From: Polyangiales bacterium
GTDB lineage: Bacteria > Myxococcota_A > Polyangia > Polyangiales > Polyangiaceae
NCBI GenBank assembly: GCA_038231275.1
Contig: JBBRLQ010000060.1
Span: forward strand, 1-19,541
Reading direction: 5' to 3'
Length of the DNA stretch: 19,541 nucleotides
Shown: one piece after another, positions 8,151-15,353 of the stretch
Layout: every line of letters begins with the position of its first letter
How positions within the stretch are numbered: position 1 is the first letter of the stretch
Translations under genes and position numbers: made by a program
Notes under the pieces: generated by a model
Database searches by the model: none
The model's input: only the letters and a program-made list of their open reading frames with translations
What the model was told of the DNA's origin: nothing

Positions 8151-9205
8151 GACGACCTGCGCTCCTTGTCGGTCCTGAGGCTGAGTCCGAGCGCGACGAC
8201 GAGCTGCGCCGCTCGGCTCCGCATCTCCGGCTCGTTCACGAATTTCGTGTCCACCGTCAGGTTCGCCATCGGATCGAACATCATGACCGGCACGCGCGCG
8301 CGCCTCTCGATCGACTTGCAGAGCGGCGCCAAGTACGCGCTGCCGCCCGAGACGAAGATCTTGCTGATCTCGCTCTCGCCGCTCGTGGCGAGGTAAAAGT
8401 CGAGCGAGCGCTGAATTTCACCGGCGAGCGTGTCGCACGCGCTGGTGATGATCTGGTGGACCTCTTGCGGCACGATCTGCGTGGGACCGCCGCCGCATTT
8501 GTACGCCTCGGCCTGTTCGTAAGGCACCGAGCACTGCTTCTGGATTTCTTCCGTGATCGCGTTGCCGGCGTTGGTGATCTCGCGGGTAAATGCGCTGATC
8601 CCGTGCGACACGATGTTGAGCGAGCTCACCGCCGCGCCGACGTTCAAGAGCGCGATCGTGCCGTCCTGCGGCAGCCCCATCTGCTGCTCGAAGATGTTCT
8701 GGATGGTGAACGCGTTGATGTCGACGATGAGCGGCTTCAGGCGCGCTTCACGAAGGATCGCGGCGTAGTCGTTGATCTCGTCTTTCTTGGCGGCGACGAG
8801 GAGGAGATCCATCTGGCCGGCCTCGGGGCGCTTTCGGAGCACCTCGTAGTCGATCGACATGACCTTGATGTCGAAGGGGATGTGCTGCTCCGCCTCCCAG
8901 TTGATCTGCTCTTCGAGCTCCTCCGACGTCATCATCGGGACGGTGATCTTTCGGACGATGACCGACTGTCCGTAGACGCCGACCGCGACGTCCTTCGTCT
9001 GGATCTTGTTGTCGGTGAAGATCTTGAGGAGGGCCTCGGTGACTGCCCCGGAGCTCATGATGTGGCCGTCGATGATCGTCTGCGGAGGAAGGGGCGCGTA
9101 GCCGTAGCGAACGACGGAGATGCTCTTCCGGCTCGTCTTCAGCTGCACGACCTTGATCGAGCTCGCTCCGATGTCGACGCCGACCAGGTTTTTCCCTTCG
9201 GCCAT
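8147..9205 (-). CDS. pilM: Type IV pilus assembly protein PilM, actin/FtsA-like (352 aa)
   Basis: ATG at 9205 with AGGAG 5 nt upstream. VGVDIGASSIKVVQL, WEAEQHIPF, LLVAAKK, EIQRSLDFY, SGGSA, VALGLSLR. Confidence 0.96.
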   Translation of the reverse strand: MAEGKNLVGVDIGASSIKVVQLKTSRKSISVVRYGYAPLPPQTIIDGHIMSSGAVTEALLKIFTDNKIQTKDVAVGVYGQSVIVRKITVPMMTSEELEEQINWEAEQHIPFDIKVMSIDYEVLRKRPEAGQMDLLLVAAKKDEINDYAAILREARLKPLIVDINAFTIQNIFEQQMGLPQDGTIALLNVGAAVSSLNIVSHGISAFTREITNAGNAITEEIQKQCSVPYEQAEAYKCGGGPTQIVPQEVHQIITSACDTLAGEIQRSLDFYLATSGESEISKIFVSGGSAYLAPLCKSIERRARVPVMMFDPMANLTVDTKFVNEPEMRSRAAQLVVALGLSLRTDKERRSS

Positions 9206-9253
9206 GAGGACTCCTGTGAGGATGCAAAGAGGTGGAGGAGAGGCTGCCGGGAA

Positions 9254-9283
9254 ATTGTGGCACCCCCGCAAGCGCGGGGTCCA
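9254..9283 (-). promoter_or_regulatory. Possible sigma-70 promoter of pilMNOP
   Basis: Minus strand TGGACC-N18-CACAAT with a TGn extended -10 and a T-tract upstream; weak match. Confidence 0.3.
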
Positions 9284-9370
9284 AAAAAGAGCGTGAAAAA
9301 GCGAAACGAGAGGAGAAGTTGGTAGGGGATGGAGGACAGCCGTTGAGCGATAGGGTATGAGGAGCGCGAC

Positions 9371-10444
9371 ATGTCGTATGGGGTGCGTTTCGGCTTCATT
9401 TCCGCGGCGCTGGGGGCGATCGTGCTGGGATTTCCGGCCGGCGCGGGGGCCGACGTGACGCATGTGGTCGGGCGGGGGCATACGGTCGAGGCGATCGCGC
9501 ACCGCTACCACGTGACGACCAAGTCGATCCTCGAGGCCAACCACCTCAAGGACCCCAGGCACCTCAAGATCGGCGACACGCTGACGATCCCGGGAGCCGT
9601 CCCGCAGGAAAAGGCACAGCTCAAGGGCAAGGACGGCAAGGACGGCAAGAATGGCAAGGGCGCGAAGACGCCGCCGACCTACGCGATGAAGGCGAAGACG
9701 CCGGGCGTCATCCACGCGACCCGCCTCGCCACGAGCGAGGATTTCACGGTCCGCGTCGCCGATCGGCGTGGGAAATCGTCGCCGGTCGCGCTGAAGACGT
9801 TCGAGAAGATGCTCCGCTCGGCGAGCAGCCAGACGCACCCGATCGACGCGCGCCTCGTCGCGCTGATCGCGCTCGTGTCGAACCACTTCGGGAGCCGCAA
9901 GCTCGAGATCGTGAGCGGCTTCCGGCCTTTCACGCCGACGCAGCACACCGCGCACTCGAACCACAACATCGGAAAGGCCCTCGATTTCCGCGTATCGGGC
10001 GTGCCGAACGAAGTGCTGCGGGACTACTGCCGCACGCTGAAGAACGTGGGGGTCGGCTACTACCCGAACAGCACGTTCGTTCACCTCGATGTGCGCACGA
10101 CGTCGGCGTTCTGGATCGATTTCTCGAAACCGGGGGAGGCCCCGCGGTACAACACGCCGGACGTCGAGGCCGACGAGGGGACGAGCGACGTGGCGGAGGA
10201 GTCGCACCTGCCGGACCCGACGATGGCCACCGACGCGGGAACACCGGCGATGGACCCGACCGCGACGCCGACCACGACCGCGACGCCGACCACGACCGCG
10301 ACGCCGACCACGACCGCGACGCCGACCACGACCGCGACGCCGACCGCGACGCCGACGCCGAGCGCGACCGCGACGCCGACGCCGACGCCGACTCCGATTC
10401 CGACTCCGACTCCCGCGGACCCCAAGCCCTCGGACATGCAGTAG
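9371..10444 (+). CDS. Secreted LysM plus YcbK/DUF882 (peptidase M15, MepK-like) peptidoglycan endopeptidase with Thr/Pro tail
   Basis: GAGGAG RBS and signal peptide. LysM: HVVGRGHTVEAIAHRYHVTTKSILEANHL...LKIGDTLTIP. M15: IVSGFR, SNHNIGKALD (H-x6-D), GVGYYPNSTFVHLDVR. Confidence 0.9.
   Translation: MSYGVRFGFISAALGAIVLGFPAGAGADVTHVVGRGHTVEAIAHRYHVTTKSILEANHLKDPRHLKIGDTLTIPGAVPQEKAQLKGKDGKDGKNGKGAKTPPTYAMKAKTPGVIHATRLATSEDFTVRVADRRGKSSPVALKTFEKMLRSASSQTHPIDARLVALIALVSNHFGSRKLEIVSGFRPFTPTQHTAHSNHNIGKALDFRVSGVPNEVLRDYCRTLKNVGVGYYPNSTFVHLDVRTTSAFWIDFSKPGEAPRYNTPDVEADEGTSDVAEESHLPDPTMATDAGTPAMDPTATPTTTATPTTTATPTTTATPTTTATPTATPTPSATATPTPTPTPIPTPTPADPKPSDMQ
10259..10412. repeat. 18-nt tandem repeat ACCGCGACGCCGACCACG x4 (TATPTT) grading into CCGAC(G/T) hexamers
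   Basis: Four perfect units at 10259-10330, then degenerate units; in frame with CDS 9371..10444. Confidence 0.93.
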
Positions 10445-10537
10445 GAAACTCGGCGGCGTCAACGCGCCGACGGTCGGTTCTTTGGCGCTCGACGCGAGAA
10501 GCGCAGAAATCGGGCGAGAATCTCGGCGCGCCCGGGG

Positions 10538-10553
10538 TGGCACGCTGCGCGCA
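10538..10553 (+). promoter_or_regulatory. Putative sigma-54 (-24/-12) promoter
   Basis: TGGCACG-CTGC-GCGCA: exact GG-N10-GC spacing and a perfect TGGCACG, but the TT before GC is absent. Ends about 30 nt before ATG 10583. Confidence 0.6.
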
Positions 10554-10582
10554 AGAGCGTGTGTCCGAAGAGGACGCACGAG

Positions 10583-11344
10583 ATGAACTCCGCCCAATCG
10601 ACATGTGACGCTGCCCTTGCATCGCAGAACCTCGGCGCGCCCGGGTCCTGCACGACCTCCAACGCGATGAACGACACGACGGTGGAAGCCCCCTCGTCCG
10701 CGCGTCGCCCGATCACCGACATTCGCGCCATCGCGCCCCCGCATCTGCCGACGACGCTCGAGATCAAGCGCTACATGCCGCTCGTTCACCAGGCGGTCGC
10801 GCGGTTCTTGCGCAAGCTTCCGCCGAACGTGCTGCGCGACGATCTGATCGCGGCGGGCACGTACGGGCTCATCGACTCGCTCCGCAAGAACGGCGGCGAC
10901 GAGGGAGCCACGTTCGAGTGGTACGCGCGCATCCGCATCCGCGGGGCGATCGTCGACGAGCTTCGTACGCAAGACTGGCTCACGCGCCGCGCGCGCAATC
11001 AGGTGACGGCGCAAGCAGGCGAAGAGGGCACAGCAGCCTCGCGCGCGTGCGTCGTCGGGTTCGACGATCTGCCGGGACGCGTGTCGTCCACGGGCTTCGC
11101 CGACCAGGACGCACAGAGCCCGCTCGACGCGGTCGCCGAGAAGATGGACCACGCGGCGCTCGCCGACGCGGTCGCCGGTCTCCCCGAGCGCGAGCGCTAC
11201 ATCGTGCGCGCGCACTACTTCGAAGGCGTCCAGTTCAAGGCGATCGCCGCAGTGCTCGGCGTCAGCGAGCCACGCATCAGCCAGCTGCATGCGCGTGCGG
11301 TCGGACGTCTGCGCGGCAAGCTCGCCTGCTCCGACGCGGCGTAG
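10583..11344 (+). CDS. FliA/WhiG-family (sigma-28-like) sigma factor with shortened region 3
   Basis: PLVH...LPPNVLRDDLIAAGTYGLID, FEWYARIRIRGAIVDELRTQDW, LPERERYIV...LGVSEPRISQLHARAVGRLR. ATG 10583 chosen for its GAGGA RBS and the promoter position; 10559 and 10667 are alternatives. Confidence 0.88.
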   Translation: MNSAQSTCDAALASQNLGAPGSCTTSNAMNDTTVEAPSSARRPITDIRAIAPPHLPTTLEIKRYMPLVHQAVARFLRKLPPNVLRDDLIAAGTYGLIDSLRKNGGDEGATFEWYARIRIRGAIVDELRTQDWLTRRARNQVTAQAGEEGTAASRACVVGFDDLPGRVSSTGFADQDAQSPLDAVAEKMDHAALADAVAGLPERERYIVRAHYFEGVQFKAIAAVLGVSEPRISQLHARAVGRLRGKLACSDAA

Positions 11345-11387
11345 CACCCAACGTAGATCGTCTGCGCGGGTCGTACGTAGCACGACC

Positions 11388-11756
11388 ATGCGACGATCCC
11401 TCCTCCGCGCGATGGCGCTCGTGACCGCAGTGACCGGACTTGGCCTCGTGGTGGCGCACGCGGGGCTGACCGTGGGCTGTACCCGCGGAAATGCTCCCGA
11501 ATCGCAGGCGCCGCCGTCGCTCGACAACGCGTCGACGACGCCCGTGAACGCGGGGCCGAGCAACGCCGGAGCGCCGTCCAAGCCCGCGGGCGGCTCGTCC
11601 AAGGCGAAGGACCGCATGCGCTACATGCCGGCCACGAAGGCCGCGCCGGTCTTCCTGCCGAACGACGACGCGTTCCAGGACGACCAAATTCTACCGCAGC
11701 CCGCGCAGCAAAACGCGGCGCCTCCCCAGCAGCAGAGACCGAAGGGCGGACGGTGA
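11388..11756 (+). CDS. Small exported or lipid-anchored low-complexity protein with a YMPATKAAPVF segment (122 aa)
   Basis: ATG 11388 gives MRRSLLRAMALVTAVTGLGLVVAHAGLTVGC, with an AHA signal peptidase I site and a lipobox-like Cys31. GC-rich third codon positions. Stop overlaps the next start (GTGA). Confidence 0.75.
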   Translation: MRRSLLRAMALVTAVTGLGLVVAHAGLTVGCTRGNAPESQAPPSLDNASTTPVNAGPSNAGAPSKPAGGSSKAKDRMRYMPATKAAPVFLPNDDAFQDDQILPQPAQQNAAPPQQQRPKGGR

Positions 11757-12610
11757 TCTCGGCGATCGCGGCCTCGCTGGTCGCGGCGGTGGCGAGCTTC
11801 GTCGTGCTGGCGATCATGTTCGTGCCGCTCGAGCGGCTCTTCCCCGCGCGCGACGGACAGCCGATCCTGCGGAAGGATCTGGCGATCGACGCGCTGTTCT
11901 TCACCGGGCAGTACGTGGTGTGGAACGCGGCGTCCCTCGCCATCCTCGCGGGCGTCGACGGCCTCGTCGCGTCCCGTGCGCAGAGCCTGCAGGGGCTGCA
12001 CGAGCTGGGGCAGCTTCACGCGTGGCTCGCGGCGCGACCGCTCTGGCTCGTGGGGTTCGTCTCCGTCGTCCTTGGCGACACGCTCGTCTATTGGTTCCAT
12101 CGCGCGTGTCACGCGTCGGAGTTCTTGTGGCGCTTTCATGCGGTGCATCACTCGAGCGAGCGACTCGACTGGCTCGCCGCGCACCGCGAGCACCCGCTCG
12201 ACGGGATCCTGACGCAGCTCTGTCAGAATTTGCCGGCGTTCCTGCTGGGATTTCCCGTGGAGGTGCTCGCCGCCTTCATCGCGTTCCGCGGAATGTGGGC
12301 GATCTTCATCCACTCGAACGTGCGCGTGCCGCTCGGACCGCTGCGCTGGATCTTCGGCGCGCCGGAGCTTCACCACTGGCACCACGCGAAGGTGGCCCAG
12401 ACCAAGCACAACTTCGCGAACGTCGCGCCGTGGCTCGACGTGGTTTTCGGAACACACCATCTGCCCGAAAAAGAGGACTACGAGCTTGGGCTGGGCGAGG
12501 AGTGGCCGCGCGGGTACCTCTCGCAGCTCGCGCAGCCGTTCGTGCTCACCGCGGCGCGGTGGCTTGGGCGACCTTCGCCTCCGGCTCGAAGCGGAAGCCC
12601 CGCGGCTTGA
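11753..12610 (+). CDS. Fatty acid hydroxylase / sterol desaturase-family membrane di-iron enzyme
   Basis: His boxes YWFHRACH, WRFHAVHHS, FIHSN and PELHHWHH; NFAN...WLDVVFGT; several TM helices. Confidence 0.93.
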   Translation: MISAIAASLVAAVASFVVLAIMFVPLERLFPARDGQPILRKDLAIDALFFTGQYVVWNAASLAILAGVDGLVASRAQSLQGLHELGQLHAWLAARPLWLVGFVSVVLGDTLVYWFHRACHASEFLWRFHAVHHSSERLDWLAAHREHPLDGILTQLCQNLPAFLLGFPVEVLAAFIAFRGMWAIFIHSNVRVPLGPLRWIFGAPELHHWHHAKVAQTKHNFANVAPWLDVVFGTHHLPEKEDYELGLGEEWPRGYLSQLAQPFVLTAARWLGRPSPPARSGSPAA

Positions 12611-15149
12611 GAGGGACCGCCATCGCCGAGAGCGTCGTCTCGTCGTAGCGCGCGCGAGGCGGCTCGCTCGTTCCCGCGCGTCGAAGGCTCGGCGTCGCGG
12701 CGCCTCCGCGATCGAGCGCGACCGCGAGGACGCATCCGGCGCGTTTCAACGTTTCGCCGAGCGACGCGAAGGACGCTGCGCCTCGCGCGACGAGCACGCG
12801 CCCGCCGGCCGTCATCCCGAGCGCCGCGCGCAAAGGCGCGTGGCCTTCGTGCGCGAGCGGGAGGACCGCGCCCTGGTCGATCAGGAGCGGGAGCTCGACC
12901 GCGTCGGAGTGACCGGCGATCGGCCCAAGCTCCGGCGCGCGCAGGATCGTGAGCGTTCCATCGGCCGCGGCCACAAGGACCCCGGTGGCCGACGCGCTCA
13001 TCGGCAACAGCAGCCGCCCGTCGGTGGCGAGACCGCGCGGGTGCTTCTCGTGCGAAACACCGAGGCCCAGCGCGAGGATGACCTTGTGCGCATCGTCGTC
13101 GGACAGCTCGCGCGCGGGTGACGCGCCGGTCTTCGCGTCGGGCTCGTGAACGCCTGCGCGAATCCTCCATGACGCGCGCCCGGGCTCGACGTCCAGAAGC
13201 TCGACCCCGCCGTCGGCCGTCGCCGCGAACACGCCCGGCATCCACGTCGGCGCAGGTTGCGACCCTCCATCCGGCGTCCACGCACTGACCCCCGCGAGGG
13301 GTTGCGGCGTCGCGTCGTGGACCATCACGTAGAAAAAATCCTTCGACGCGTATTCGATGTAACGGTCCGGAGAAATCTCCATCTTGGGCGCGAGGAGCTC
13401 GCTCTTGTACGATCGCGACTTGAGGTCGTGGATGGTCGAGAAGAGAAATCCTGTGTGGTGCGGGTTCATGTCGAGGTGCATCCCGTAGACGCACCCCGCC
13501 ATCTTCATCGCCTTCGCCAGCGTCGTCGCGCTCACATCCTCGCCCCATGCGTACGCGAGGTGACCGGCTTCAGTGACGCAGACGCCGCTGCGCTCGGTCT
13601 GCGTGCCGCTCCCCGGCAGCGTGTACCCCCAGAGCGCGCGCTTGGTCGGGTTGATCTCCCCGTTGTCGAGGAGCGCGTCCAGGTTCTGGCGGAACGACAC
13701 GATGTCGGCGTCGGCGACACCGCGAATGCCCGCGACTTCCTTCGTCGCGCCCCACGAGCCGAGGCCGACGCGCTGGTCCTTGGTGACGACGACAGTCGCG
13801 GCGCCCGGCTGCGGCGGCAGGAGCACGCGGCGGTTCACCATCATGCCGTAGTTGCCGTGCTCGCTCTTGAAGGCGCCGTTGAACGCGGCAACGACGCGCG
13901 ACGAGATCTGCGGATCGCGCGGAATTCTGCCGCTTCCATGCGGTCCTGCGAGCGGCTTCGGATCCTCGACCCCCGCTTCCATGCCGAGCTCGAGCTGCCG
14001 CATGTCCATCGCGACAAGCAAGACCTTCGCGTAGGGACGCTCTTCGTCGGGGCGAACGAAGGTGCGATAAAACGGCGACGGCGCAGTCGCGTCGACACCG
14101 GGCACCTTGCGCATCCACGAGAGGCGCGGCGTCTGCCACTCGCCTTCGCCGGGCTCGGGCGTCTTCCAGATCGTACGGATCTGAGGAGGAGGCCAGTGCG
14201 CGGCGTCGGCGCTGGTCTGCGACGCGTCGAGGATGCTCGGGGGCGGCGGCGCGGTCTCGGGGGCGGCGAGGGTCTGCGTGGCGTCGGCTTCGTGGAAGCG
14301 GAACGAGAGCTGCCGCGAGGCGTCGCGAAGCGCGAAGGTCTTGTCCTCGAGCCACGCGATCGGCGCGGGGCCGATCCACGGAACCGCGCGCACCGTGTCG
14401 ACCGCCCAGAACACGAGCCGCTTCGGCAGGTGCCGTGCGCCGTCAGCGTGGAGCCCGGCGGCGGGCGTGACCAGCTCGCCCTTCGCGACGTCGAGGCGCG
14501 CGCGACGCGTTCGTCCGTCGTCGTCCACGAGATCGATCGTGACGAGATCGCCGGCGCGCGCGAGGGTCACGGTGCGCGAAGGCTCGTCGAGCGTCACGTC
14601 GACGCGCCCGACTCCGTCTCCCGAGCCCGTCGCCTGAAAATTCGAGACCCACGCCATCGCGCGATCCGACGCGCGCGTCGTCGTGTTCTGGCTTCCCTCG
14701 GACGCGACGTCGAGGACGGTGACGCTCTGCTCTTGCCCGAACGCGTGCGTCGCGAACATCGCGTGGTGGCCGCGGAGGACGAGGCCGTGATCGTCACCGA
14801 GCGGCGTGCCGGTGAGATCGTGGACGTCGTCGATCGATATCGGGTGCCCTTCCGGGCTCACGCGGACGCGCGCGCGCCAGACGTCGCGAGGACCGCCCTT
14901 CGTGTCGCTGCCGAGGAAGAGGACGAACCTGCCGACGAGCGCGTCCGCGACGACACCGCCCGACGGCTCCCACGCGAGCCCCTCGGCCTCCACGGTCTGG
15001 TGGGACGCGTCGCCGAGAGCCTGCGTGAGGAGCGCGACGTCGTTCCCCGGCGCGGCGACGCGCGAGACGCCGATGCCGCCCGCGGTCACGGCGACGAGTG
15101 CGAGGACGCGCCCGCGCGACGACAGGTAGGTTTTTGCGCGTCCGGCCAT
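12546..15149 (-). CDS. Large exported or membrane-anchored protein with a phosphodiester glycosidase (NAGPA/DUF2233-like) domain and a degenerate second copy
   Basis: VAAFNGAFK, RQNLDALLDNG, ERSGVCVT, LAKAMKMAGCVYGMHLDMN. C-terminal echo RAALGMT...LKRAGCVLAVALDRGG. ATG 15149 precedes the hydrophobic RVLALVAVTAGGIGV; the ORF extends to 15221. Confidence 0.72.
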   Translation of the reverse strand: MAGRAKTYLSSRGRVLALVAVTAGGIGVSRVAAPGNDVALLTQALGDASHQTVEAEGLAWEPSGGVVADALVGRFVLFLGSDTKGGPRDVWRARVRVSPEGHPISIDDVHDLTGTPLGDDHGLVLRGHHAMFATHAFGQEQSVTVLDVASEGSQNTTTRASDRAMAWVSNFQATGSGDGVGRVDVTLDEPSRTVTLARAGDLVTIDLVDDDGRTRRARLDVAKGELVTPAAGLHADGARHLPKRLVFWAVDTVRAVPWIGPAPIAWLEDKTFALRDASRQLSFRFHEADATQTLAAPETAPPPPSILDASQTSADAAHWPPPQIRTIWKTPEPGEGEWQTPRLSWMRKVPGVDATAPSPFYRTFVRPDEERPYAKVLLVAMDMRQLELGMEAGVEDPKPLAGPHGSGRIPRDPQISSRVVAAFNGAFKSEHGNYGMMVNRRVLLPPQPGAATVVVTKDQRVGLGSWGATKEVAGIRGVADADIVSFRQNLDALLDNGEINPTKRALWGYTLPGSGTQTERSGVCVTEAGHLAYAWGEDVSATTLAKAMKMAGCVYGMHLDMNPHHTGFLFSTIHDLKSRSYKSELLAPKMEISPDRYIEYASKDFFYVMVHDATPQPLAGVSAWTPDGGSQPAPTWMPGVFAATADGGVELLDVEPGRASWRIRAGVHEPDAKTGASPARELSDDDAHKVILALGLGVSHEKHPRGLATDGRLLLPMSASATGVLVAAADGTLTILRAPELGPIAGHSDAVELPLLIDQGAVLPLAHEGHAPLRAALGMTAGGRVLVARGAASFASLGETLKRAGCVLAVALDRGGAATPSLRRAGTSEPPRARYDETTLSAMAVPLKPRGFRFEPEAKVAQATAPR

Positions 15150-15353
15150 CTCCGGCGTCGTCCTTATCGCATGGTCGAGAGGTTTGCCACCGACCTTGGC
15201 CAGTACCGACGGAACGGGCAAACTTTTGGCCGCGCGGATGGCGAATGCGGCCGAGGGTCGCTAGATTCGGAACGCTCGGGCTCAAGACGAGCTTCCGGGC
15301 GCCGTTCGAAGTCGTGAGGGGACCGTGACGATGCGCAGGGGAGTCGAGGGGCG

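Noticed and set aside
10450..10483. Terminator after the LysM-M15 gene
   Set aside because: The stem is bulged and the U-run is displaced from it; too weak to call.
9206..11617. 1156-aa ORF extending PilM upstream
   Set aside because: The extension is the antisense shadow of the LysM, sigma and small-protein genes; PilM motifs and an RBS begin at 9205.
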